Of a stretch of DNA of 64,000 nucleotides, positions 29,350 to 39,180 are shown one piece after another (within the stretch, counting starts at the first letter, position 1; the number at the start of each line of letters is the position of its first letter). Below the pieces are notes generated by a model, which searched no databases, had not been told where the DNA came from, and was given only the letters and a program-made list of their open reading frames with translations. The stretch is from an uncultured delta proteobacterium (lineage in GTDB: Bacteria; Myxococcota; Myxococcia; Myxococcales; Anaeromyxobacteraceae), in NCBI GenBank assembly GCA_963845515.1, contig CAWJSR010000028.1, forward strand, positions 1 to 64,000. Direction: 5' to 3'. Made by a program: the position numbers and the translations under genes.

Positions 29350-30045
29350 ATGAAAAGGTCATTTCTCGCGCTTCTCGCATCTCTCGCGGCGTGCAGCGGC
29401 GGCGGCACCGGGACGGTGGCAGTCTCGACGCACGTGAGCGGCGGTGCTACGGCAGCGACCGCGCTGACCGCGACGGCACCCGTGAGCGCAGCGCTCGCGA
29501 TCGGCGACCGCATCGGTCTGGAGAGGGCAAGGATCGTCGTCCGCAAGGTGATGCTGGTCGAGACCACGGCGGAGGCGCCGGAGGGCCCGACCCTTCGGTG
29601 GGATCCTGTCGTCATCGACCTCGCAGGGGCCGATCTCGACGGAGGCGTCGAGTACGTGCTCGAGGCGGAGGTCCCGGCCGGCACCTACGCCGGGCTGGCG
29701 GTGCAGCTGCACAAGCTCACTCCCGGCGAGGCCGTAGCCGACCCGGACTTCGCTCCGCTCGGCCAGTCGATCGTCCTCGACCTGACCGTCGACGGCGAGC
29801 CGTTCCAGTTCGTCTCCGACCTGACGGCGGTCGCAGTCCTTCCTGGACCGATCACCGTCGAGGAAGGGGCGGCCATCAACGCGACCCTGTCGATCGATCC
29901 GTCCGGCTGGTTCACGGGGACGGGCGGAGCCTTCCTCGATCCGAGGCTCGACGAGAACCGTCGCCGCATCGAGTGGAACGTGAAGAGCTCGATCCGCGGC
30001 TTCGAGGACGACGACCTGGACGGGGAGCCGGATCCGGGGACGTGA
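29350..30045 (+). CDS. Lipoprotein, DUF4382-like beta-sandwich
   Basis: GAGGAGG RBS; lipobox LAAC; VPAGTY; acidic C-terminus FEDDDLDG. Confidence 0.7.
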   Translation: MKRSFLALLASLAACSGGGTGTVAVSTHVSGGATAATALTATAPVSAALAIGDRIGLERARIVVRKVMLVETTAEAPEGPTLRWDPVVIDLAGADLDGGVEYVLEAEVPAGTYAGLAVQLHKLTPGEAVADPDFAPLGQSIVLDLTVDGEPFQFVSDLTAVAVLPGPITVEEGAAINATLSIDPSGWFTGTGGAFLDPRLDENRRRIEWNVKSSIRGFEDDDLDGEPDPGT

Positions 30046-30065
30046 CCGGTGGAGAGGGTTTGACG

Positions 30066-30107
30066 CCCCCTCACCCAACCTCTCCCCCGCGGGTGCGGGG
30101 GAGAGGT
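30066..30107. repeat. REP-like palindrome between convergent genes
   Basis: CCCCTCACCCAACCTCTCCCCCGC..TGCGGGGGAGAGG. Confidence 0.8.
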
Positions 30108-30580
30108 GCATGCGGTTGCACGTGCCTCGGCGCCAGCAGCAGCAGCGCGGTCCCGGAGGCGAGCAGCACCAGGTTGAGCGCGGCGCTCACGCCATGCAGC
30201 CTGCGGAAGGCCGCGCGAGCCGCGGTCACTGGGGCGTCGGCCGCGAAGGACGGCACCTGGGCCCGGACTTCGACCATCGCCGGGTAGAGCCAGAGGACCA
30301 CCGCGAGCGCGGTCGCGAGCGTGATCGCCAGGAGCGCTGCCGACACCTTGAAGGCGCGCCCTCCGCGGGCGCTCGCCGAGAGCGCGAAGATCGCGGCGGC
30401 GGTGGCGGCCAGCGCGAGGCCGTAGCGGAAATAGTACGGCATCATCGCCGCCACGATCTCGCCGGCGAGGTGGCGCTCGAAGTGGGCGAAGACGGCGGGC
30501 GTCGCGAGGAACGTGTAGAGGACGTTCCCGCCCACCAGGAGGGCGAGGACCAGCGGGTAGAGCGGGTAGAGGCGTCGCAT
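30071..30580 (-). CDS. DUF4149/TMEM205 membrane protein
   Basis: TPAVF...AGEIV...YF, FRRLHGVSAALNL. Confidence 0.8.
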   Translation of the reverse strand: MRRLYPLYPLVLALLVGGNVLYTFLATPAVFAHFERHLAGEIVAAMMPYYFRYGLALAATAAAIFALSASARGGRAFKVSAALLAITLATALAVVLWLYPAMVEVRAQVPSFAADAPVTAARAAFRRLHGVSAALNLVLLASGTALLLLAPRHVQPHAPLPRTRGGEVG

Positions 30581-30660
30581 GGCCGTCGATCCTAACGCCG
30601 GGGCGCGCCCGGCGCCGCGCCTCTTTCCGGCCGGGGGCGCGCCGTGCTACCTCGCGTGCC

Positions 30661-31350
30661 GTGAACCCCGAACGCGACGCGCCCGAGCGCGGCCTCGCCG
30701 CCATCCGATCGCTCTGGAAGGCGATCCTGCTGGCGCTCCTCTTCCGTTACGCGGCCTACGCGGCGATGACCGCGCTCGCGATCTGGAACGAGCGCCGCCC
30801 CGCGCCGACGCTGCCGGACGCGGTCCTCGCCAACGTCCCGTACGTGGCCTGGGTGGCAAACGGGAACTACGTCCTCTGGCTCTGCCTCTACCTGCCGGTG
30901 GCCGCGGGGCTGCTCTGGGACGCGCCCCGCCGCTTCGTCCGCTACATGGTGACCGGCGCGCTCGTCTCGCTCGCCCGCGGCCTCACCATCGCGATGACGG
31001 GGCTGGGCGTGCCGGATCCGGCCGTCGCCGGGCCGGGGCTCGGCGCGCACGGCGCGCTGTCGGCCTTCGCGCAGCTCGTCTCGCCGTGGCACGTCTTCGC
31101 GAAGGGCTCGGCGCAGGCCTACCTGACGAAGGACCTCTTCTTCTCCGGCCACACGGCGACGACCTTCCTGCTGCTCCTCTACGTCTGGGAGCGCCCGCGG
31201 CTCCGCTGGATCGCGCTCGCCGGCCACGTGCTCGTCGTGGCCTCGGTCTTCCTCGCCCACCTGCACTACACGATCGACGTCGCGGGCGCCTACGCGGTGA
31301 CCTTCACCCTCTTCGCGCTGCGCGAGGGGTGGCCTCGCGCTACTTCGTGA
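30661..31350 (+). CDS. PAP2-superfamily protein, sphingomyelin-synthase-like (PAP2_C)
   Basis: LPD, DLFFSGHT and HYTIDV motifs; about 6 TMs. Confidence 0.8.
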   Translation: MNPERDAPERGLAAIRSLWKAILLALLFRYAAYAAMTALAIWNERRPAPTLPDAVLANVPYVAWVANGNYVLWLCLYLPVAAGLLWDAPRRFVRYMVTGALVSLARGLTIAMTGLGVPDPAVAGPGLGAHGALSAFAQLVSPWHVFAKGSAQAYLTKDLFFSGHTATTFLLLLYVWERPRLRWIALAGHVLVVASVFLAHLHYTIDVAGAYAVTFTLFALREGWPRATS

Positions 31351-33184
31351 AGAGGCTCACCACGCCGGTGGTCAGCGCGGGCAGGTAGGTGATGGCGAGC
31401 ACCCCGAACGACATGATGATCAGGAAGGGGAAGGTCCGCTTGTAGATGTACGGCAGCGGCTTCCCGAAGCGCGAGGCGGCGAGGAAGAGGTTGAGCCCCA
31501 TCGGCGGGAAGAGGAAGCCGAGCTCGAGGTTCGCCAGGAAGACGACGCCGAGGTGGATCGGGTCGATCCCGTACGCGATCCCGAGCGGCGCGAGGAGCGG
31601 CGCGAGGACGACGATCGCCGAGTAGATCTCGAGGACGCTCCCGAGGACCAGCAGCACCCCGTTGAGCACCAGCAGGAAGAGCGCCGGGCTCTTCACGTGG
31701 AGGGTCATCCACTCCACGAGCCGCGTGGGGATCTCGGCGTCGACGAGGAAGCTCGTCACGCCGAGCGCCGCGCCGAGCAGGATCAGGACGCTGCCGACGA
31801 GCGCCGCCGCGTGGACGAGGACGCGGGGCAGCTCGCGCGTCGGGTGGACCTCCCGGAGGATGAAGACCTCGACGATGATCGAGTAGGCCGCGGCGATGGC
31901 CGCCGACTCCACGATGGTCGCGAAGCCGGTGCCGACGGCGACGATGACGAGGGTCGGGAGGCCGAGGTCCCACTTCGCGGCCCAGAAGGCCCGCGCCGCC
32001 TCGCGCCCGTCGAAGGGGGGGCGCGGCGCGCCGGCCTTGATCCCGACCCTCACGCCGTAGGCGGCGACCAGCACGATCATGAGGAGGCCGGGGACCAGGC
32101 CGCCGATGAAGAGGTGATCGATCGGCGCGTTGGCGACGACGGCGTAGAGGATCACGGGGAGCGAGGGCGGGAAGAGCAGCCCGAGCGATCCGGAGGCGGT
32201 GACGAGCCCCACGGAGAAGGGCTCGGGGTACTTCTCCTCGAGGAGCGATGGCAGCAGGAGGCCGCCCAGCGCCAGGATCGTGACGCCCGAGGCGCCAGTG
32301 AAGGTCGTGAAGACGGCGCAGACGGAGGCGACCATCACCGCCACGCCGCCCGGCATCCAGCCGAAGATCCCCTTGTAGGCCCGCACGAGCCGGGCCGCGG
32401 ACCCACCCTCGGCCAGGATGTAGCCGGCGACAGTGAGGAGCGGGATGGCCGGGAGCGTCGCCGAGGCGACCAGGTTGAAGGTCGCGGTGGGGACGGCGGC
32501 GATCGCCTGCGGCCCGGACTCCATGAAGAAGAGCGCCATCCCGATGCCGCCCATGGCGACGAAGACGGGCGCGCCGAGCAGGAAGGCCGCGATGACCAGG
32601 AGCGAGAGGAAGAGCGCCAGGTTGGAGGAGCCCTCCGCCAACCCGAGCAGGAAGGCGGCGCAGGCGAACGCGAGGACCCCAGCCCGCTCGAGCCAGCGCC
32701 AGCGCCCCTCGCCGGCGGCCCAGGCGAACCGGAGCGACATGGCGGCGAAGCCGATCGGCATCACCAGCTGGCTCCAGGCGACCCTGATCCCGAAGGCGAC
32801 GATCCCCTGGCTGTCCCACTCCGAGCGGACGAGCGCCAGCGAGGCGAAGCCGAGGAGCCCGACCGTCGCGGCGGAGATCGCGTGGGCGTAGAGCCGGGCG
32901 CTGCGGCGGGGCCAGCCTTCGGGGAGCAGCTCCTGCGTGGAGAGCCCGAGGTGGCGCCCGGTCGCGGTCGCGAGCAGGGCGCCGAGGAAGCCGATCCAGA
33001 GCGTGATGTGCTGGGCGAGGATCGACGCGCCCGGCACGTCGCGCCCGCCGAGCCGCCGCCAGGCTGCGCTCGCGGCCGGGAGGGCGATCATGGCAAGGAG
33101 CAGGAAGGTGGTCGGCCAGCGCTCGAGGCGGGTGCCAATCTTCTCGTTGTTCTGGGACCCCGACGTGGGGTTCGGCGTGCTCAC
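31340..33184 (-). CDS. TRAP transporter fused small/large permease (DctQM)
   Basis: LPAIPLLT.AG, TFTGASGVTI, GSLGLLFPPS, PPMGLNLF. Confidence 0.92.
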   Translation of the reverse strand: MSTPNPTSGSQNNEKIGTRLERWPTTFLLLAMIALPAASAAWRRLGGRDVPGASILAQHITLWIGFLGALLATATGRHLGLSTQELLPEGWPRRSARLYAHAISAATVGLLGFASLALVRSEWDSQGIVAFGIRVAWSQLVMPIGFAAMSLRFAWAAGEGRWRWLERAGVLAFACAAFLLGLAEGSSNLALFLSLLVIAAFLLGAPVFVAMGGIGMALFFMESGPQAIAAVPTATFNLVASATLPAIPLLTVAGYILAEGGSAARLVRAYKGIFGWMPGGVAVMVASVCAVFTTFTGASGVTILALGGLLLPSLLEEKYPEPFSVGLVTASGSLGLLFPPSLPVILYAVVANAPIDHLFIGGLVPGLLMIVLVAAYGVRVGIKAGAPRPPFDGREAARAFWAAKWDLGLPTLVIVAVGTGFATIVESAAIAAAYSIIVEVFILREVHPTRELPRVLVHAAALVGSVLILLGAALGVTSFLVDAEIPTRLVEWMTLHVKSPALFLLVLNGVLLVLGSVLEIYSAIVVLAPLLAPLGIAYGIDPIHLGVVFLANLELGFLFPPMGLNLFLAASRFGKPLPYIYKRTFPFLIIMSFGVLAITYLPALTTGVVSLFTK

Positions 33185-33253
33185 GATCTACCTCGTTGAC
33201 CGGTCCGGCGGCGGGGGCTAATGACTACCACGAACCATCCTTCTGGAAGCCCC

Positions 33254-34168
33254 GTGAATCGACTGCTGATCGCCCCCATCGCGCTGGCCGCGCTCCTGTC
33301 CAACACCGGCTGCAAGTCGGTCACCGTCGGCTTCGTCGCGGACGCCATCTCGGGCGGCGGCGGCGCGATGTCGCAGGACGACGACCCCGAGCTGGTGCGC
33401 GACGCCATCCCGTTTGCGCTCAAGACGATGGAGGGGCTCCTCGAGGAGGCCCCGCACCACGAGGGGCTCCTGCTCTCGCTCGCGAGCGGCTTCACCCAGT
33501 ACGGCTACGCCTTCGTCGCCTCCGACGCGGAGGTCGCCGACCAGAGGGGCGACCTCGCCACGGCCCGCGCGGGACGCGAGCGTGCGAGGAAGCTCTTCCT
33601 GCGCGCGCGTGACTACGGCCTGCGCGGGCTCGATGAGCACGAGAAGGGGATCTCGAAGCGCCTCCAGCCCGGCCCGGAGCTCGCGAGGGCGCTCGCCGAG
33701 CTGGACGACAAGGAGGACGTACCGTTCCTCTACTGGACCGCCGCCTCCTGGTCGCTCGCCATCTCCAACGGCAAGGGGGACATGGCGCTCGTCGCCGAGC
33801 TGCCCGCGCCGATCGCGATGATGGAGCGCGCGCTCGCGCTCGACGAGTCCTGGGGCGAGGGGGCGCTCCACGAGTACTTCCTCGTGCTGGATCCGGGGAG
33901 GACCGCCAGCGAGGGGGGCGGGGTCGAGAAGGCCAAGCAGCACTACGCGCGGGCGCTCGCCCTCTCCAAGAATAAGAAGCTGGGGCCGCACGTCTCGTAC
34001 GCCGAGGGAGTGCTCGTCAAGGCGCAGGACCGGGAGGCCTTCACCCGCCTCCTCGAGGAGGTGCTGCGCGCGGACCCGAACGCCGACAAGCCGCACCGGC
34101 TCGAGAACGTGCTGGCGCAGCGCCGGGCGCGCGCCCTCCTCGGCCTCGTCGATGACCTCTTCCTGTAG
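33254..34168 (+). CDS. TRAP-associated TatT (T component) lipoprotein
   Basis: Lipobox SNTGC; DDDPELVRDAIPFALK; ALALDESW.EG; adjacent to dctP. Start could be 33221. Confidence 0.88.
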   Translation: MNRLLIAPIALAALLSNTGCKSVTVGFVADAISGGGGAMSQDDDPELVRDAIPFALKTMEGLLEEAPHHEGLLLSLASGFTQYGYAFVASDAEVADQRGDLATARAGRERARKLFLRARDYGLRGLDEHEKGISKRLQPGPELARALAELDDKEDVPFLYWTAASWSLAISNGKGDMALVAELPAPIAMMERALALDESWGEGALHEYFLVLDPGRTASEGGGVEKAKQHYARALALSKNKKLGPHVSYAEGVLVKAQDREAFTRLLEEVLRADPNADKPHRLENVLAQRRARALLGLVDDLFL

Positions 34169-34205
34169 AACCGCCGTGCCGCTGCCGTCTGGAGAAGGAG
34201 CTCAC

Positions 34206-35192
34206 GTGAAGAAACTCGCGCTCGCTGCCATCCTCGCCTGCCTCGCGCTCCCAGCGGGGGCGCAGGTCACCATCAAGCTCGGCACGCTCGCGCCGCAGGG
34301 CTCCACCTGGCACGAGCTGCTCAAGGAGATGGCGCAGCGCTGGGAGCAGGTCTCCGGCGGCAAGGTGAAGCTGAAGGTCTACGCCGGCGGCGTGCAGGGG
34401 TCTGAAGGGGACATGGTCCGCAAGATGGGGATCAACCAGCTCCAGGCCGTGGCCATCAGCAACGTCGGCATGCACGACGTCATCTCGGAGCCGCAGGCGC
34501 TGGCAGTGCCGATGCTCTTCGCCGACGAGGCGGAGATGATGTGCGTCTTCGAGAAGGTGCGCCCGCGGATCGAGTCGGCGCTGGCCACCAAGAACCTCCT
34601 CGCCCTCCACTGGTCCAAGATCGGGGAGTTCCGCTTCTTCTGCAACGCGCCCTTCAAGACGCCGGCCGAGGCGAAGGACGCCAAGGTCTTCTGCTGGGAC
34701 GGCGATCCGAAGAGCGAGGCGGCCTGGCGCGCCAGCGGCTACCGGCCGGTGGTCCTCTCCGGCTCCGACATCTACCCGTCCTTCCAGACCGGGATGCTCG
34801 ACTGCATCGCCAACGTGCCGTCACTCATCCTCACGATGCGCGTCTTCGAGAAGGCGAAGTACATGGTGGACACGCCCTGGGGGAACCTCCTCGGCGCGAC
34901 GCTCGTCCGCAAGGACACCTGGGAGAAGATCGAGCCGGGGCTGCGCGAGCAGCTCGCCGGCGTGGCGCGCGAGCTGGGCCACAGGGTCGACGTCGAGGTG
35001 GCCCGGCTGAACGCCGACGCCATCAGCGCGATGAAGAAGCAGGGGCTCTCCTCGGTGGCGGTCGATCCGACGCCGTGGCGGCTGGCCGCCGAGAAGTCCT
35101 GGCCGGTCGTGCGCGGCGGCGTCGTCCCGGCCGACTTCTTCGACCAGGTGAAGGGCGCCCGCGACGCCTGCCGGGCGGCGAAGAAGAAGTAG
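34206..35192 (+). CDS. dctP: TRAP substrate-binding protein DctP (TatP-type)
   Basis: IKLGTLAPQGSTW, YAGGVQGSEGDMVRKM; GAAGGAG RBS. Confidence 0.9.
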   Translation: MKKLALAAILACLALPAGAQVTIKLGTLAPQGSTWHELLKEMAQRWEQVSGGKVKLKVYAGGVQGSEGDMVRKMGINQLQAVAISNVGMHDVISEPQALAVPMLFADEAEMMCVFEKVRPRIESALATKNLLALHWSKIGEFRFFCNAPFKTPAEAKDAKVFCWDGDPKSEAAWRASGYRPVVLSGSDIYPSFQTGMLDCIANVPSLILTMRVFEKAKYMVDTPWGNLLGATLVRKDTWEKIEPGLREQLAGVARELGHRVDVEVARLNADAISAMKKQGLSSVAVDPTPWRLAAEKSWPVVRGGVVPADFFDQVKGARDACRAAKKK

Positions 35193-35236
35193 CGCGGCCG
35201 GCGGGAACGGCGAGCGCGAAGACGGGAGGTCGGTGC

Positions 35237-36151
35237 ATGCTCCGGAAGAGCCAGCTCGTCGAGGGTCGCCTGCAGCCGGTCGAGGACGGGCCGGTCTGGC
35301 TCGTCTCCGCGCCCGACGAGGCGGAGCGGCGGCTGCTCGTGGACGGCCTGAAGGTCGACGAGCACACGCTCAACTCGGCCCTCGACCCCGACGAGCTCGC
35401 CCGCTTCGAGGTCGAGCCCGAGCACCTCGCGATCATCCTCAAGCGGCCGAAGAGCTACTCGAAGGAGGACGACTTCCTCTTCAAGGTGCTCTCGAACGGC
35501 CTCTTCCTCTTCAAGGACAAGCTGATCGTGGTGATGGCCGAGGAGGCCCCCGTCCTCGACGCCGGCCGGCTCCCGTACAAGGGGACGGCCGTGCCGGTCG
35601 ACGTGCTGCTCCGGATCCTCTACCGGACCATCTTCCACTTCCTGGAGCACCTGCGCGTCATCGGCATGCTCTCCGACTCGCTCGAGCGGCGGGTGAACCA
35701 GTCCTTCGACAACCGGCACCTGCTCAACCTCTTCAAGCTGCAGAAGAGCCTCGTCTACTACGTGTCGGCGATCAGCTCGAACGGGATCGCGCTGGAGAAG
35801 CTCAAGACGCACGGGCCGCGGCAGGGCTTCACGCAGGAGCAGCTGGAGTTCCTCGACGACATCCTGATCGAGAACCAGCAGTGCTTCCGGCAGGCGGAGA
35901 TCGCCTCCAACATCCTCGCGAGCCTCATGGACGCGCGCGTCTCGGTGGTGTCGAACAACCTGAACCTCACGATGAAGACGCTCACCATCATCACGCTGAC
36001 GATCATGGTGCCGACGTTCGTCGTGAGCGCCTTCTCGATGAACGTGCCGATCCCGTTCGCCGAGCACCCGTGGTCGTTCTGGATGGTGCTCGGCCTCGCG
36101 GTGACCTCCTCGGGCGCGTTCCTCACGTGGGGCCGCTACAAGAAGTGGTGA
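35237..36151 (+). CDS. corA: CorA family Mg2+ transporter
   Basis: ALDPDE, NNLNLTMKTLT, PT...FSMNV (GMN variant), two C-terminal TMs. Confidence 0.88.
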   Translation: MLRKSQLVEGRLQPVEDGPVWLVSAPDEAERRLLVDGLKVDEHTLNSALDPDELARFEVEPEHLAIILKRPKSYSKEDDFLFKVLSNGLFLFKDKLIVVMAEEAPVLDAGRLPYKGTAVPVDVLLRILYRTIFHFLEHLRVIGMLSDSLERRVNQSFDNRHLLNLFKLQKSLVYYVSAISSNGIALEKLKTHGPRQGFTQEQLEFLDDILIENQQCFRQAEIASNILASLMDARVSVVSNNLNLTMKTLTIITLTIMVPTFVVSAFSMNVPIPFAEHPWSFWMVLGLAVTSSGAFLTWGRYKKW

Positions 36152-36202
36152 GGGCGGTCGAGCAGGATCTCGGCGGCGGGCGGCCTCGTCGCATGCGCTG
36201 CT

Positions 36203-36400
36203 CGCCGCCCCCGCGGGGGAGAGGCTGGGTGAGGGGGCGTCGTGCGCCCGCCTCGTCTCGAGCCGCTCGCCTCCGAGCGCTCCGTGAGCTCCGTCGGACT
36301 TCGCCGGGACTCGGCCGACGCCCTGCTCCCCCACCGGGGGAGAGGGCGACGCAGCCCAAAATGAGGCTAATGGTCAGCCGCCTGCGGGGGAGAGGGGATG
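36203..36400. repeat. Cluster of REP-like elements
   Basis: CCCCCGCGGGGGAGAGGCTGGGTGAGGGG, CTCCCCCACCGGGGGAGAGGG and GCGGGGGAGAGGGG. Confidence 0.7.
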
Positions 36401-36419
36401 TAACCAGGGGTGACGCTAC

Positions 36420-37319
36420 CTACTTCTTCGCCTTGGCCTTGCGCGCCGGCTTCGGCGGCGGGGCCGGGACCACGTCGGGGCCGGCCGCCTCCTCGGCGGT
36501 GAGGGTCGGCGGCGCCATCCCCTCGGCGTTCACGAGCACGATCTCGATCCGCCTGTTGATGCTGCGCCCCTCGGGCGTGTCGTTGGCGCCGATGGGCTGG
36601 TACTCGCCGTAGCCTGCGCCTGCGAGCTTGGTCGGATCGACCCCCTGGTCCTGCAGGACGCGGACGACCGCGAGCGCGCGAGCCGCCGAGAGCTCCCAGT
36701 TCGAGGCGAAGGTGGAGCCGCCGGCCGGGACGTTGTCGGTGTGCCCCTCCACGCGGATCACCTTGCCCTGGATGTTGCGGAGCGCCTCGGCGACGCGGGC
36801 GAGGGCGTCGGCCCCCTCCTTGCCGATGGTGGCCGAGCCGGACGAGAAGAGGATCTTGTCCTTCATCTTCACCGTCATCTTGCCCTTGAGCTCGGAGAGC
36901 TCGATCCGGCCGGACTCGATCTCACCCTTGAGCGACTGGGCCAGCTGCTCGTACTCGGAGCTCCGCTTCTCGAGCTCGGCCTTGGCGACCTCCAGGCGCT
37001 TCTTCGACTTGGCCAGCTCGTCGATGAGCGCAGCCTGGGAGGCCAGCAGGTCCTGGGCCTTGCGCAGCTCTGCCTGCTTCGCGGTCAGGTTGTCCTCGTC
37101 GCTCCTGGCCTTCGTCTGCAGCGCCTTGACGTCGGTCTGCATCGACTCGAAATCGCGCTGGACGGCCTCGAACTGGGAGCGGATGGCCTTGCGGGCCTCG
37201 ACCTCCTTCTGCCAGTCCGTCCTGTACTTGTCGGCCTCCTGCTCCTTGACGCGGTACTTCTGCTGCGAGACGCAGCCGGTCAACGCGATCACGGCGGCGA
37301 GGGCGATTCCAATGCGCAT
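36420..37319 (-). CDS. OmpA/MotB-family lipoprotein with coiled coil
   Basis: Lipobox LTGC; coiled coil; VEGHTD, NWELSAARA, NRRIEI. Confidence 0.9.
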   Translation of the reverse strand: MRIGIALAAVIALTGCVSQQKYRVKEQEADKYRTDWQKEVEARKAIRSQFEAVQRDFESMQTDVKALQTKARSDEDNLTAKQAELRKAQDLLASQAALIDELAKSKKRLEVAKAELEKRSSEYEQLAQSLKGEIESGRIELSELKGKMTVKMKDKILFSSGSATIGKEGADALARVAEALRNIQGKVIRVEGHTDNVPAGGSTFASNWELSAARALAVVRVLQDQGVDPTKLAGAGYGEYQPIGANDTPEGRSINRRIEIVLVNAEGMAPPTLTAEEAAGPDVVPAPPPKPARKAKAKK

Positions 37320-37524
37320 GTGGCCTCCAACTGGGGCGTGTGGCTTCAAGAGGGCGCAATAGTACACCGCCGGTCATCTGCGGAAGGACTTCAACGTACG
37401 TTCGGGGTCACCCCCCCGGAATCCTTCGCCAAAGCAACGCCCCGTCGTGGTCAGCCGACACCGCCCGGCCCGGGTTGACACCCCCGCGGAAGCGGGCTGT
37501 AACGAATCGAAGGGAATGAGAGCG

Positions 37525-38460
37525 ATGGCGGAGAACGAAGCGGCATCATCAGGCGCGGTCTTCGGGCGCGTCGGCGGCCCGCGCGTCCCCTTTCCGGAGC
37601 GCGGCGTCGTGATCGGCCTGCGCTGGAGCGGGGCCGAAGGGGCAGGAAACCAGATCATCGCGGCCAAGCTGGAGCTCGAGCCGGACCGGGCCCGGCTCGT
37701 TCGGCTCTGGCGTCCGTTCGGCGACGCTCCGGGCCGCCGGGACATCAAGCACGGCTTCGCGAAGTGGCTGGCGGAGGAGAGCCGCTGGGCGGAGGGGACG
37801 CTCGCCGTCGGGCTGGACTTCGCCTTCTCGCTCGCGGAGACGCACCTCCGGCAGCTCGGCCTGCTGCGGCAGGCGCTGCAGGGACCGCCGGCGCTCGGCC
37901 GCCAGCTGGAGGAGCGCTTCCTCGGCGAGCGCGGCGACTTCACCGAGGCGGCGGCGCGTTTCCGGAACGAGCTGGGGAAGGATCGCCCCCGGCTGACCGA
38001 CGGCTACCGGGCGGAGCCGCACACGCCGACCCACGCGCGCACGTACCGCGGCACCTTCTTCGGCCTCTGCGCGCTCTCGGGCGTGGACGCCAGCTTCCCG
38101 CCATGGGATCCGCCGCAGCCCGGGCGCCCGACCGTCGTGGAGGTCCGGCCGGGCCACGTGGCGCGGGTGCTCGCGGGCATCGGCACCCACCGCGACGACG
38201 CGAAGGACGGCGTCAGCCGCGCGGGGCTGCGCGCGGGGCTCCTGCGCACGCTACGCTCCGCGTGCAGGCTCGAGTTCGAGATGGAGCAGGCGGCGCAGGC
38301 GGTGGAGGACGGGAAGGGCGAGTTCTTCGATGCGGTCCTCGCCGCCGTCGCCACTGCGGGCGCATGGGGCGATGGCTTCACCGGGGTTCCGGCCAACGTC
38401 CCCCGCTGCGAGGGCTGGATCCACTCGGTCCGCGAGGAGCCGTGGCGGACGGCGCAGTGA
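37525..38460 (+). CDS. DUF429-like RNase H-fold protein
   Basis: VIGLRWSGA, VGLDFAFS, VEVRP, FDAVLAA, EGWI. Confidence 0.6.
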   Translation: MAENEAASSGAVFGRVGGPRVPFPERGVVIGLRWSGAEGAGNQIIAAKLELEPDRARLVRLWRPFGDAPGRRDIKHGFAKWLAEESRWAEGTLAVGLDFAFSLAETHLRQLGLLRQALQGPPALGRQLEERFLGERGDFTEAAARFRNELGKDRPRLTDGYRAEPHTPTHARTYRGTFFGLCALSGVDASFPPWDPPQPGRPTVVEVRPGHVARVLAGIGTHRDDAKDGVSRAGLRAGLLRTLRSACRLEFEMEQAAQAVEDGKGEFFDAVLAAVATAGAWGDGFTGVPANVPRCEGWIHSVREEPWRTAQ

Positions 38461-39086
38461 GCGCTCGCCGAGCCGGGGCGTCGGTCGTCGCTGCGCTGGA
38501 GGAGCTGCAGGCGGAGATCCGGGCCTTCCGCCCTCGTGGCTTCGGCCCGCCGGTCCACGCCGCGCCCATCCCGAGCCGCATCCTGCTCGTCGGGCAGGCC
38601 CCAGGGCCGCACGAGGCGCGGATCGGGCGCCCGTTCGCCTGGACCGCCGGGAAGACGCTGTTCCGCTGGCTGCGCGAGGCGACCGGCGCCGACGAGGAGC
38701 TGGTGCGCGAGCGCATTTACATCGCCGCGGTCGTCCGCTGCTTCCCCGGGAAGGCGCGAGGCGGCGGCGACCGGGTCCCGACCCCCGCGGAGGTGGCGCG
38801 CTGGCGCGGCTTCCTCGCGCGCGAGGTGGAGCTCATGCGCCCGACGCTCGTGCTCCCGGTGGGGCGGCTCGCCATCTCCGAGGTGCTCGGGCGCGAGGCG
38901 CCGCTCGCCGAGGTGGTCGGACGGGCGCTGCGGCTCGACTACCACGGGGTGGAGGCCGACGTGATCCCGCTGCCGCACCCGTCCGGCGCGTCGACCTGGT
39001 TCAAGATGGAGCCCGGCAAGACGCTGCTCGCGCAGGCGCTCAGGCTCGTGGCTGAGCACCCCGAGGTGCGGAGGGCGTTCTCGTAG
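38457..39086 (+). CDS. Uracil-DNA glycosylase superfamily protein
   Basis: LVGQAPG, RCFPGK, PLPHPSGASTWF; GTGA overlap with the upstream gene. Confidence 0.9.
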   Translation: MSARRAGASVVAALEELQAEIRAFRPRGFGPPVHAAPIPSRILLVGQAPGPHEARIGRPFAWTAGKTLFRWLREATGADEELVRERIYIAAVVRCFPGKARGGGDRVPTPAEVARWRGFLAREVELMRPTLVLPVGRLAISEVLGREAPLAEVVGRALRLDYHGVEADVIPLPHPSGASTWFKMEPGKTLLAQALRLVAEHPEVRRAFS

Positions 39087-39180
39087 CGCCCCGCGCCGCG
39101 ATGGAGGAGTGGTGCGGCCACGCGGGTGCGCCGGCCCTCCCCCGGGTGAGGTAGAGTTCCGGCAGGGGGGGACGCCGGCG

